Part shown: one piece after another, positions 22,508-32,286 of the stretch
Layout: each line of letters starts with the position of its first letter
Numbering within the stretch: position 1 is the first letter of the stretch
Origin: an uncultured Prevotella sp.
GTDB lineage: Bacteria; Bacteroidota; Bacteroidia; Bacteroidales; Bacteroidaceae
DNA length: 64,000 bases
Assembly (NCBI RefSeq): GCF_937930345.1
Contig: NZ_CALGLB010000031.1
Reading direction: 5' to 3' (one strand)
Made by a program: the position numbers and the translations under genes
The notes under the pieces: generated by a model
Told to the model about the DNA's origin: nothing
Databases searched by the model: none
The model's input: the letters and a program-made list of their open reading frames with translations, nothing else

Positions 22508-23485
22508 CTATATGCTCAATTCATCCAAAACAGTTATTAATTTTTTATCAAAAGGCTTGTCAGACCGTATTGCTTCGCTCAATGGGACATAGACCACCTC
22601 ATTATTACGAACACCAACCATTACGTTACGCTGCCCTTGAAGAATTGCATCAACAGCTCCGACACCTGTTCTGCTTGCAAGTATACGGTCATGTGCAGAT
22701 GGGCGACCGCCACGTTGAAGATGACCAAGAATTGAAACCCTTACATCATAATCAGGAAACTCAGTACGTACACGATTAGCATAAAACAACGCTCCACACT
22801 TTGGGCTCTCAGAAACAATTACAATACAACTTTTTTTACTTTTCCTTATGCCTCGCTCCATAAAACGAGCCAATTGGTCTACATCTGTCGAATCTTCTGG
22901 TATTATAGCTGCCTCTGCACCAGAAGCAATAGCGCTATTCTGTGCTAAGAATCCGGCATCGCGACCCATAACTTCTATAAAAAATATACGTTCATGGCTC
23001 TGCGCTGTATCACGAATACGGTCAACACACTCCACAATCGTATTTAAAGTCGTATCATAGCCAATTGTAGAATCGGTACCATACAAGTCATTATCAATAG
23101 TACCTGGTAAACCAATGCAACACACATCGTATTCCTGTGCAAATACCATTGCTCCAGAAAGTGAACCATTTCCGCCTATTACGACCAATGCGTCTATCTC
23201 ATTTTCCTTTAGATTATCATAAGCCTTCTTACGACCTTCAGGAGTTTTAAACTCATCACAACGTGCTGTTTTTAAAATAGTTCCACCTGACATAATGATA
23301 CCACTTACATTCTCTGTGGTAAAATCAACTATTTCATTATTTATAAGGCCATCAAAACCACGATAAATACCTTTTATTTTAAAACCTTTACATATTCCTG
23401 CACGTGTTACGGCACGAATTGCCGCATTCATCCCAGGGGCATCACCTCCTGATGTCAACACACCTATTGTCTTTATTTTAGCCAT
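22508..23485 (-). CDS. pfkA: ATP-dependent 6-phosphofructokinase
   Basis: [29 protein letters not shown] and HLQRGG motifs. Confidence 0.9.
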   Translation of the reverse strand: MAKIKTIGVLTSGGDAPGMNAAIRAVTRAGICKGFKIKGIYRGFDGLINNEIVDFTTENVSGIIMSGGTILKTARCDEFKTPEGRKKAYDNLKENEIDALVVIGGNGSLSGAMVFAQEYDVCCIGLPGTIDNDLYGTDSTIGYDTTLNTIVECVDRIRDTAQSHERIFFIEVMGRDAGFLAQNSAIASGAEAAIIPEDSTDVDQLARFMERGIRKSKKSCIVIVSESPKCGALFYANRVRTEFPDYDVRVSILGHLQRGGRPSAHDRILASRTGVGAVDAILQGQRNVMVGVRNNEVVYVPLSEAIRSDKPFDKKLITVLDELSI

Positions 23486-23505
23486 ATCTATTTTAATTTA
23501 ATAAA

Positions 23506-24903
23506 TTAACTTAAAATCCACATCACAAATAACCCGATCAGCCAACCAATCATGGCAATTAGACCGACTTTTCTAAGATACCATCCAACATGTATATGTT
23601 CCATTTTCATTAAAGCCAATCCACTCACAGAACCTATTAACAAGATATTACCTCCCATTGCAGACGAATAAGCAATTATTTTCCAAAATAGTCCATTCTG
23701 CACGAAAAAAGACATATAATTAGGATCTGCTGAATACTGCAAATTCGTCACATCAACCACAGAATAGAGAGAAACAATACTCATACATGTCGCAAATGTA
23801 TCTAAGAAACAGCTTATCACACCTGTAAATATACCAATAATCCAAACATTATGAATATTGGTATCAATAAAATGTGTCAGATGTGATATTATTCCTGTTT
23901 CGCGAATCGCCCCAATAGCAAGCATTATACCCAACACAAAAAGCATAAGCTGAATCACGCCATATTGAAGTACACGGGGAACAGGACGTTGTATCATTTG
24001 ATCTGCGTTCATCAATCTATGATTAAATATCTCATTCACAATCCATAAAACAGACAATACGCACAAAGCGCCCAAGAACGGGCTCAACTTTGTAATATTA
24101 TGAAATGTCGGGATAAACCATAATCCTCCAATACCTACAATTAACATTAAAATCCTTTGCCAACGATTAAGGTTTGTATCATCCCCCCTGTAAGGCATAG
24201 CTACACACTGAAGATCTATATGTTCCGGCAAGTTCCTTCCCAACCAATATATCGGAATACAACAAGCAACCAGGCAAGGTAATGCCAATGATGCAGAAAA
24301 ATTAGTGGCAGTCACAATTCCATTGTTCCACAGAATAAGTCCATTAGGATCGCCAATAACCGTTAAAGCGCCTCCACAATTTGCAGCCAGCACAATTGCA
24401 CTTCCATATATCATCCGCTGACGACGGTTGGGCAACAACTTATGCATAATAACTAACATCATCGTAGTTGTCGTAAGATTATCAAGATTAGCAGAAATAA
24501 GAAACGTTATTATTGTCATCATCCACAACAACTTACGACTATTCTTTGTCTTTAATAATTCCGATAAAAAATCAAAACAACCATTGTTATTCAAAATTTC
24601 AACAATTGTCATTGTTGCAAAAAGGAAAAGTACTACTTCCGCACCTTTTCCAACATACTTCAAAAATATATTTTGAGCAATATATTGCTTAACATTTGAA
24701 CTTGATGAAGCTGCGCCTGAGAGGAAATCATAATATCCCTGCTGATGCTGGCTCATAACAAAATCAGTCCCATAACATATATACAAAACCCAGCCCAATG
24801 TTCCCACAAACATTGCTATTGCTGCACGGTTGACGTTTGTAACATACCCTGTAGCAATAAGCACATAACCTATCAATAATATTGAGACTAATATAAATGC
24901 CAT
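23506..24903 (-). CDS. NhaD/ArsB-superfamily ion transporter (probable Na+/H+ antiporter)
   Basis: 465-aa polytopic membrane protein whose architecture resembles NhaD-type antiporters. Confidence 0.55.
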   Translation of the reverse strand: MAFILVSILLIGYVLIATGYVTNVNRAAIAMFVGTLGWVLYICYGTDFVMSQHQQGYYDFLSGAASSSSNVKQYIAQNIFLKYVGKGAEVVLFLFATMTIVEILNNNGCFDFLSELLKTKNSRKLLWMMTIITFLISANLDNLTTTTMMLVIMHKLLPNRRQRMIYGSAIVLAANCGGALTVIGDPNGLILWNNGIVTATNFSASLALPCLVACCIPIYWLGRNLPEHIDLQCVAMPYRGDDTNLNRWQRILMLIVGIGGLWFIPTFHNITKLSPFLGALCVLSVLWIVNEIFNHRLMNADQMIQRPVPRVLQYGVIQLMLFVLGIMLAIGAIRETGIISHLTHFIDTNIHNVWIIGIFTGVISCFLDTFATCMSIVSLYSVVDVTNLQYSADPNYMSFFVQNGLFWKIIAYSSAMGGNILLIGSVSGLALMKMEHIHVGWYLRKVGLIAMIGWLIGLFVMWILS

Positions 24904-25057
24904 AAAATCAACATAATTCAGCTACAAATTTACGAAATTATATTCAATGTCAAAAACATGACAATAAAAAATGTTTTAGTTTAACGAGATTTTAACCTAT
25001 AAATATTAATGACGAAAAGCACTTATGCTAAACTATTAATGCAAGAATACAAATTAA

Positions 25058-25101
25058 GATCCCGATGCCATAAAGATTATATTCATTACGGCATCGGGAT
25101 C
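25058..25101 (-). terminator. hairpin terminator downstream of the C69 dipeptidase gene
   Basis: Perfect 12-bp stem GATCCCGATGCC / GGCATCGGGATC with a 20-nt loop. Confidence 0.5.
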
Positions 25102-25152
25102 ATTAATCAACAATTATTTACAGTGCTGCCTCAAAAAGAAAGGAATAAATAA

Positions 25153-26793
25153 TTATTCTTTTGGAACAGCATATCTGTCACCTGAATTATTTACTATTTC
25201 TCGTGCAACATTTTCAGGGAAACCTGGCCGTTCTACAGTTGCACCAAGCCCTGTTTCCGTCCGCAGAAACATTCCGTCCTTATCAGGCTTAATTGCCATG
25301 TCATTATATTTTACAATCAGATATATTGCCAATTGCCTCCATCTTGCAAGCATCTGTTGTGCCTTTTCTATACTGTAGTTTGTTAAAAAATCAACAGCCT
25401 TCACAGGTGAAGCTTTATACAGCTCCAATGCTTTTTGCTCAATCTCAGGCTGTACAAGAAAATAACTTGTCTCTAATGAATCGCGTACGGATTTTAAGCT
25501 TCCAAACATCAATGAATAACGAGGATAAACCATATTACTAACCCAATTGCAAACCCAAAAAGCATTTTTATCATTAAAAGTGACAGCATCTGCATTTGGT
25601 GTGTTATAACATTCTGGCTGAACTGTATTTCCACAATAAATCGGAGTATATGCTATCATATTTCCATCGTCATTGCCAAACCAAAGCACTCCACCAATTT
25701 GTCTTGGAAGCCAAGAACGCAATTGAGCTACGTATGAAAAAGCAGTCTGTTGTGTTGACGTCGGACGTTCATTAAAATATTCCCTGCCGTCAACCTTATA
25801 AGTAAGTGGTGTCGGACGATACGGCATATTCCATATACCTTGCCCTAAATCTTTATCCAAAGAAAACGGAGTTCCCTCATAATGGTCTCGCATGCAAGCC
25901 TGAACATCTTGAATACTAACCTTTCTATTAGGTATTATCCACAAGGGCATAGGTTCAGCATTTTTAGCTTTGCCTTCTACATATGGCAAATAGCGATTCA
26001 TTTCTGTCGAGAAATGATTAAAAAAGCTCCATACCCGCGCCTCACAAAATCGTCTTCCTGAAAAATCGGGATATGCATAAGCTTCACAAAAGCTAAAATC
26101 TGCATCTTTACCATTAAACCATCCTTTTTCTCTCGCAAATGTGATACAATCCTTGGAGAACATCACATTCTTTTTATCCTTTTGATTAAATTTACGTATG
26201 CGGCTTTGATTTGCATGAGCACAAATTGCATCATCGGGAATTCTCACTGCAACCCAAACCGCACCCTTGCGCCCTGGGCCCTTTCCTATCATTTCCATTA
26301 TCCAAGCCTCTTCAGGGTCGCAGATTGTAAAAGTCTCACCTTCAGAACAATACCCATATTTATCTGTAAGAGTTGTCATTATATTTATTGCCTCACGTGC
26401 ATTTTTTGAACGCTGCAATGCTATATATATCAATGAGCCATAGTCCAAAACACCTGTCGTATCAACAAGTTCTGGTCTTCCCCCAAAGGTTGTTTCACCA
26501 ATAGAAACCTGATATTCATTGATATTCCCTATAACATTATAAGTTTCTCCAGCCTCAGGTATTTGTCCATGATAAACATTTGTATCCCAATCATATATTT
26601 TACGCATTGTGCCTTTTTCGTGCTTGCCTGCAGGGAAATGACATAATCCGATAAACAAGCCATAATCATCTGCATTGTAAGAACAAATTACAGACCCGTC
26701 AGCACTTGCCTTTTTGCCCACAATAAAATTAGTGCATGCCCACGAAGCGATATATCCGGCGAGCATAATAGTCACCAAAACTACTCTTTTCAT
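25153..26793 (-). CDS. peptidase C69 family dipeptidase
   Basis: Signal peptide followed by the nucleophile context ACTNFIVGKKASADGS; the length of about 545 aa fits. Confidence 0.8.
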   Translation of the reverse strand: MKRVVLVTIMLAGYIASWACTNFIVGKKASADGSVICSYNADDYGLFIGLCHFPAGKHEKGTMRKIYDWDTNVYHGQIPEAGETYNVIGNINEYQVSIGETTFGGRPELVDTTGVLDYGSLIYIALQRSKNAREAINIMTTLTDKYGYCSEGETFTICDPEEAWIMEMIGKGPGRKGAVWVAVRIPDDAICAHANQSRIRKFNQKDKKNVMFSKDCITFAREKGWFNGKDADFSFCEAYAYPDFSGRRFCEARVWSFFNHFSTEMNRYLPYVEGKAKNAEPMPLWIIPNRKVSIQDVQACMRDHYEGTPFSLDKDLGQGIWNMPYRPTPLTYKVDGREYFNERPTSTQQTAFSYVAQLRSWLPRQIGGVLWFGNDDGNMIAYTPIYCGNTVQPECYNTPNADAVTFNDKNAFWVCNWVSNMVYPRYSLMFGSLKSVRDSLETSYFLVQPEIEQKALELYKASPVKAVDFLTNYSIEKAQQMLARWRQLAIYLIVKYNDMAIKPDKDGMFLRTETGLGATVERPGFPENVAREIVNNSGDRYAVPKE

Positions 26794-26807
26794 AACTATG
26801 TGTTTTA

Positions 26808-28448
26808 TTAATAATTAAAATTCATTGTAACAATTTTTTTATTATCAAGATTGTCTGCAGCAATCAACTTTAGCCCGTGAGAAGCCCCAGACCGTACTAT
26901 AGGTGCCTTTCTTAAATCACAAACATATATATTGGCCTTTTCACGATATTCAAAAAGAACAAATTTGCCATCCACATAGCCCTTTACGTATTTTAAGCCG
27001 CTTCCTGAATCAGAGGCAAATACATGTAAATAATTGCCAGAAGCATTGGTTATTATTAATTTGGGAGGGATATCGTCATAGGCTATTTCATATTTTGCAC
27101 CTAATTCTCTTATATTTGCCGTAACCCATCCATCCTGATACATTCCGCCCATATATCTGTCTATGCCATAATGACTTACAATATATAATTTATTGTAATC
27201 TTTAACAGCATTATTTAGCTTTAAACTTATATTTGCCCAACCGAAAAGCGGATACGACTTATCGCTAAAGCTCCATTCATCTGACAATGACTCTGGCTGA
27301 AATCTAACACGAGGACGTAATTCAACATTATCAGGCAGAACTCCTTTTGGAAGTATCAAACTTACCCCTGGACGCTGGAAACAATTTAGTTGGTCAAATC
27401 TTACCATATTAATATAATCAGGAGCTACTGCCTTTGGTATTTTTTGCTTTTTACCTCTAACCACGAATGAATAGTCGCGTGAATTTCCAAAAATATCAGA
27501 AACTGTATAAACTATCTGATAATCACGTTCTTGATTAAACGTCACATATCCTCTGTTATTTGGCGCATATAGTATAGGCAATCTATTTCCTGGTTCCACA
27601 AACGATTTCATATACCAAACATTTGTCCGGCAATAATGAGCATAATCTCCCCAAGAGTTAACCATTCTGTTACAATTCTCCGGTATACTGTCTACATCAC
27701 TTTCAAAAACCAATTGTCCATCAACAGTCAATTTTGTATGCCTTATACCAAGAATACCAAAACTGCCTTCCATATAATCATTAGCCCATATTCCAAAACC
27801 AACATTTCCCCACGCAGTAAACACACGCGAAAGTGATGTTGATGTAAAACCATACGATTGTTTACTGCTTGAACCGCAAAAGACACCTTCACCGGCAACC
27901 GGATAAGCCATAAAAGAATGAGCTATAGGCTTGGTGGTATCTGTCACAAATTCCTTTAAATATTGCAATGGATCGAGATAGCTCCAAGTTCTTGTATCAT
28001 GAAACTCAAGATGTAAATGAGGTGCCCTACTCGCTCCTGAATTTCCGCTGACAGCAATAAGTTGCCCTTTTGACACAGGAAAGTCCGTTGGTTTCAACCT
28101 AACATCCGCAAAACAGTTCTGATTTAAATACTGCCATTTACGCACAATGGCCGCCAGCTGTGGTATAAATTTCTTCAGATGACAGTAAACACTTGTTATT
28201 CCGCCGGGATGATTTACATATACGGCATTTCCAAAACCACCATGCCCGACGGTAATTCTGCTGACATATCCGTCTGCGACAGAAAAAATAGGTTTACCCT
28301 CCACCTGACCGGTTCTCACATCAATTCCTCCATGAAAATGATTAGGACGTGGCTCTCCAAAATTACCGGCAAGTGAAACTGGATAATTCACAGGAGAGCC
28401 AAAGCTCAAATTTACTGCAAGAAATAACGACGAGAATAAACTCAACAT
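26808..28448 (-). CDS. M23 family metallopeptidase with a large C-terminal extension
   Basis: HFHGGIDV and GNSGASRAPHLHLEFHD zinc-binding motifs. Confidence 0.8.
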   Translation of the reverse strand: MLSLFSSLFLAVNLSFGSPVNYPVSLAGNFGEPRPNHFHGGIDVRTGQVEGKPIFSVADGYVSRITVGHGGFGNAVYVNHPGGITSVYCHLKKFIPQLAAIVRKWQYLNQNCFADVRLKPTDFPVSKGQLIAVSGNSGASRAPHLHLEFHDTRTWSYLDPLQYLKEFVTDTTKPIAHSFMAYPVAGEGVFCGSSSKQSYGFTSTSLSRVFTAWGNVGFGIWANDYMEGSFGILGIRHTKLTVDGQLVFESDVDSIPENCNRMVNSWGDYAHYCRTNVWYMKSFVEPGNRLPILYAPNNRGYVTFNQERDYQIVYTVSDIFGNSRDYSFVVRGKKQKIPKAVAPDYINMVRFDQLNCFQRPGVSLILPKGVLPDNVELRPRVRFQPESLSDEWSFSDKSYPLFGWANISLKLNNAVKDYNKLYIVSHYGIDRYMGGMYQDGWVTANIRELGAKYEIAYDDIPPKLIITNASGNYLHVFASDSGSGLKYVKGYVDGKFVLFEYREKANIYVCDLRKAPIVRSGASHGLKLIAADNLDNKKIVTMNFNY

Positions 28449-28571
28449 TTTAACTGGGATAAAGCAACCTACCTAAAAACATATTTACATACCGACAAAG
28501 TTAAAACTTTATTACCAGAAACAAAATAAGTCAAAATTTTGTCTGTATGTAAATATTAATAAAACAATACC

Positions 28572-29420
28572 TTAACAGGCTTTAAAACTCATATCAAGGC
28601 ATTTAACGGAATGTGTCAATGCACCTACTGAAACAAAATCAACACCACATTCGGCATAACTTCTAATTGTATCAAAAGTAATACCTCCACTTGACTCAAT
28701 TTCATACTTTCCGGCAATCATCTCAACAGCCTTTTTGGTGTCTGCCACAGAAAAATTATCCAACATTATTCTGTCAACTCTACCACAATCCATAACCTGT
28801 TTAATTTCATCAAAATTACGTACCTCTATCTCAATTTTTAAGTCAAGCGACTTTTCTTTAAGATAAGCATGACATCTGTCAATAGCATTTTTTATACCAC
28901 CGGCAAAGTCTACGTGATTGTCCTTAAGCAGAATCATGTCAAATAATCCTATGCGGTGATTCACTCCCCCTCCTATCTTCACTGCTTGTTTTTCAAGCAT
29001 GCGCATACCGGGAGTTGTCTTTCTTGTATCAAGGACATGTGTTTTTGTCCCTTTCAACAACTCTACATATTTATTTGTAGTTGTTGCTATTCCGCTCATT
29101 CTCTGCATAATGTTCAGCATAAGACGCTCTGTCTGCAAAAGAGAACGTATTTTTCCAGATACGATCATGGCGATATCGCCTTTTTTAACAGGAGTTCCGT
29201 CTGTAATAAGCACTTCAACGTTTAATGTGGGGTCAAATCTGGCAAAAACTTTTTTTGCAACTTCAACACCAGCAATTATACCATCCTCTTTTATCAGCAA
29301 ATGCGATTTACCTGTTGCACTTTCCGGAATACAACACAATGTAGTATGATCACCATCACCGATATCCTCGGCAAAAGACAGATCTATAAGTCTGTCTTCT
29401 AATTCGTCAACTGAATACAT
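28572..29420 (-). CDS. nadC: nicotinate-nucleotide diphosphorylase (quinolinate phosphoribosyltransferase)
   Basis: DTRKTTPGMR, LLKDNH and MLDNF motifs. Confidence 0.9.
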   Translation of the reverse strand: MYSVDELEDRLIDLSFAEDIGDGDHTTLCCIPESATGKSHLLIKEDGIIAGVEVAKKVFARFDPTLNVEVLITDGTPVKKGDIAMIVSGKIRSLLQTERLMLNIMQRMSGIATTTNKYVELLKGTKTHVLDTRKTTPGMRMLEKQAVKIGGGVNHRIGLFDMILLKDNHVDFAGGIKNAIDRCHAYLKEKSLDLKIEIEVRNFDEIKQVMDCGRVDRIMLDNFSVADTKKAVEMIAGKYEIESSGGITFDTIRSYAECGVDFVSVGALTHSVKCLDMSFKAC

Positions 29421-29444
29421 ATTAATATTTATTACTCAAAACAT

Positions 29445-29930
29445 CTATAAATAAATTCCCAATCCTATACGTAAACCAATCTTTGAGTAATCAGAATGAT
29501 TTTTAAAAGACTGATCATAATATACGGCCGGTTCAATTGTTACGGTACGATTCAAGAAAAAAGCATATCCGACCTCTATTCCCGGCATTAAATCATTATA
29601 ATTGTGGTTGGCATGTATCAATTTTGCATTCACTCCAAGATAGAGTCCGTTTTGTACAATATAATAACGGCCGCCAATACCAAGAGAATATGAATTTGCC
29701 ACATCATCATTTCCGTTATGCTGTATTCCTGCTTGAGCCGTTATCATCCAGTCATCCGCAAGCAGGTAACCAACTTTCACGTCCAGTCCCAAATTAAGTT
29801 TTTCAGAACCACTATAATTAATATCCAGTCCACTCATAGATGCACCGACATAATACTTGCCTTGCTCAAACTGAGCATAACCAGAAAGAGCCAACGCCAT
29901 AAAGGCTAACAACATTAATGTTTTCTTCAT
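29445..29930 (-). CDS. small outer-membrane beta-barrel protein
   Basis: Signal peptide, alternating hydrophobic beta-strand pattern, aromatic C-terminus (GIYL). Confidence 0.55.
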   Translation of the reverse strand: MKKTLMLLAFMALALSGYAQFEQGKYYVGASMSGLDINYSGSEKLNLGLDVKVGYLLADDWMITAQAGIQHNGNDDVANSYSLGIGGRYYIVQNGLYLGVNAKLIHANHNYNDLMPGIEVGYAFFLNRTVTIEPAVYYDQSFKNHSDYSKIGLRIGLGIYL

Positions 29931-30134
29931 ATTTAAATAATTTACAACTTTAATGACATTTAATCATAGACATAAAACCAACATCTATTCATTGAAAAGT
30001 ATGAAACACTAAACATATCATATTAAGATACGTTTATTGTTTTATCACGTCTATCTTATGCAAAAGTACATATTTAATTTGAAAAACACAAAAAAATAAT
30101 ATAACTTTGCATTATAATATATACATGTCAACAG

Positions 30135-31829
30135 ATGAAAATTTCAATTAAATACACACTGTTTCTAATCGCAATCGTATTATCTTCATTTATATTTATC
30201 GGAACACCCAAATGTCACGCACAAAGCAATGTTTTCAAAGCACATCCAAAATATGAAGTAAGAGCAGTATGGCTTACCACCATTGGCGGACTTGACTGGC
30301 CACACATATATGCACAAACACCGACATCAATAATAAAACAGAAAAAGGAACTGACTGATATACTTGACAAATTGAAAAAAGCGAACATTAATACAGTGCT
30401 GTTCCAAACAAGAATAAGAGGAACCGTTATCTACCCGTCAGAAATTGAGCCTTGGGACGGATGTTGTTCTGGCGTTCCGGGAAAATCACCTGGATACGAC
30501 CCTATAGAATTTGCCATAAAAGAATGCCACAAAAGAGGAATGGAAATACATGCATGGGTAGTGACAATACCTGTCGGCAAATGGAATGGACTGGGATGCA
30601 AAACTTTGCGTAATAAATACCCTAAAATGATAACAAAAAATGGAACAGACGGTTTCATAAATCCCGCAAGCAACCTTGCTGCTCCATACATAGCGAGTAT
30701 ATGTAAAGAGATTACTGAAAAATATGACATCGACGGCATACATCTCGATTATATAAGATACCCTGAAAAATGGAAATTAACAATAGCTCCTTCAGAAGCA
30801 CGACAAAACATAACTAAAATCGTAAAAGAGATACATAAAAATGTAAAAAGCATTAAGCCATGGATTAAATTAAGCTGTGCACCAATAGGTAAATTTGACG
30901 ATCTTGCAAGATACTCAAGTAACGGGTGGAATGCATACAAAAAAGGATGCCAAGATGCACAAAACTGGCTAAAAGAAGGATTGATGGATCAGCTATATCC
31001 TATGATGTATTTCCGTGGAAACCAATTCTATCCTTTCGCAATAGACTGGAAAGAAAACTGCTATGGCAAGACTATAATATCCGGATTAGGTGCTTATTTT
31101 CTTTCACCATCTGAAGGGAATTGGACAGCTGATGAAATAAAAAGACAAATGTACGTATTAAGAAACAATGATATGGGGTATGCATTTTTCAGGAATAAAT
31201 TCTTCTGCGATAATATCAAGGATTTATATACTTTCACAAAAGACGAATTCAATTTGTTTCCGGCCCTCACACCGCCTATGACATGGATTATGGATAAAAA
31301 GCCACAATCACCCCAAAACGTAACAACAGCAATTATTGGTAAAGACGAAGTCATATCTTGGAATAAAGTAACAAGCAATGACAATGGTGGAATTATGTAC
31401 AACATATACGCAAGCAAACATTATCCGGTGGATATAAATGATGCCAGAAACATTTTAACCACAAGGGTTCAGGATAATCACATTATTGTAAAAGAATACA
31501 TCAAAAACAATTTCTTCTATGCCATTACAAGCATTGACAGATACGGAAACGAAAGCAGCCCTGCGCAACCAATTCAATCTGAAACGGCTGCAAGAACTGA
31601 TAAATTCATAGAAAATGACGGAAAAAGGCTTTTATTACCAGAAAAAGGTCAAACTTTAGACAGTGAATATGTTATCATTAAAAGTCTCACCGGCAACATA
31701 ATTGCCATACGTCCATACAAAGGAAAATACGCTGATATAAGCGACATCAAAAACGGCTTTTATATTTTATTATCCCTAAACAAAAAAGATATTGCCCACA
31801 GACTTGGTTTCTTCATAATAAAAAGATAG
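30135..31829 (+). CDS. glycosyl-hydrolase-like family 10 (GHL10/YngK-type) secreted protein
   Basis: Signal peptide, then VRAVWLTTIGGLDWP, EIHAWV and GIHLDYIRYP motifs. Confidence 0.6.
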   Translation: MKISIKYTLFLIAIVLSSFIFIGTPKCHAQSNVFKAHPKYEVRAVWLTTIGGLDWPHIYAQTPTSIIKQKKELTDILDKLKKANINTVLFQTRIRGTVIYPSEIEPWDGCCSGVPGKSPGYDPIEFAIKECHKRGMEIHAWVVTIPVGKWNGLGCKTLRNKYPKMITKNGTDGFINPASNLAAPYIASICKEITEKYDIDGIHLDYIRYPEKWKLTIAPSEARQNITKIVKEIHKNVKSIKPWIKLSCAPIGKFDDLARYSSNGWNAYKKGCQDAQNWLKEGLMDQLYPMMYFRGNQFYPFAIDWKENCYGKTIISGLGAYFLSPSEGNWTADEIKRQMYVLRNNDMGYAFFRNKFFCDNIKDLYTFTKDEFNLFPALTPPMTWIMDKKPQSPQNVTTAIIGKDEVISWNKVTSNDNGGIMYNIYASKHYPVDINDARNILTTRVQDNHIIVKEYIKNNFFYAITSIDRYGNESSPAQPIQSETAARTDKFIENDGKRLLLPEKGQTLDSEYVIIKSLTGNIIAIRPYKGKYADISDIKNGFYILLSLNKKDIAHRLGFFIIKR

Positions 31830-32163
31830 TCACAACAACAGCATGACTATTTTCAGACGGCTGTTTGAACAGGCTGAGCAGACTGTCCATCTCCAGACGC
31901 TTCTCATGGTATGTATCCATATCTTCCTCGTTCCAGTCCAGCACGGTCTCACCAATAAGGGATAAATCCACCATTTTTACATATACCTCGTGTATGTCTT
32001 TGCGTAAACATCTTATCTTTTGGCTTGTAATCTCTAATTCCTGTCGTCTGTGCTGTTCGTTGAGCCAAATATAGACGATGCCGAAAATGACGAATAGTAT
32101 CAGCACATATCCCGCCGCTATTTTGGTGCGCAGGTGCCTGGTTGCTATTGTTTTCTGTTTCAT
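31813..32163 (-). pseudogene. 3'-truncated ORF at the left island junction (membrane-anchored, coiled-coil N-terminus, possibly a sensor protein)
   Basis: The N-terminal ~100 aa (TM helix AAGYVLILFVIFGIVYIW plus a charged helix) are GC-rich. The last 13 codons (ENSHAVVVTIFLL) read into AT-rich host DNA and the host hairpin. Confidence 0.45.
31826..31850 (+). terminator. weak hairpin at the last host bases before the island
   Basis: ATAGTCA, an 11-nt loop, then TGACTAT followed by TTT. It overlaps the stop codon of the GHL10-like gene. Confidence 0.35.
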
Positions 32164-32204
32164 GCGGTTTACCTCATTTTGTTTATAGTTTCTCCTATGA
32201 AAAT

Positions 32205-32277
32205 GCAGCCCGCTTACCTTGCGGTAGCGGGCTGCGATGTCTGTATGATGTTGCCGGGCACAAATGCTCCTGCCCGG
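32205..32277 (-). terminator. two tandem hairpins downstream of the pilus operon
   Basis: GCAGCCCGCT / AGCGGGCTGC (10 bp) and CCGGGCA / TGCCCGG (7 bp), immediately after the stop at 32287. Confidence 0.5.
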
Positions 32278-32286
32278 AATTGGAGT

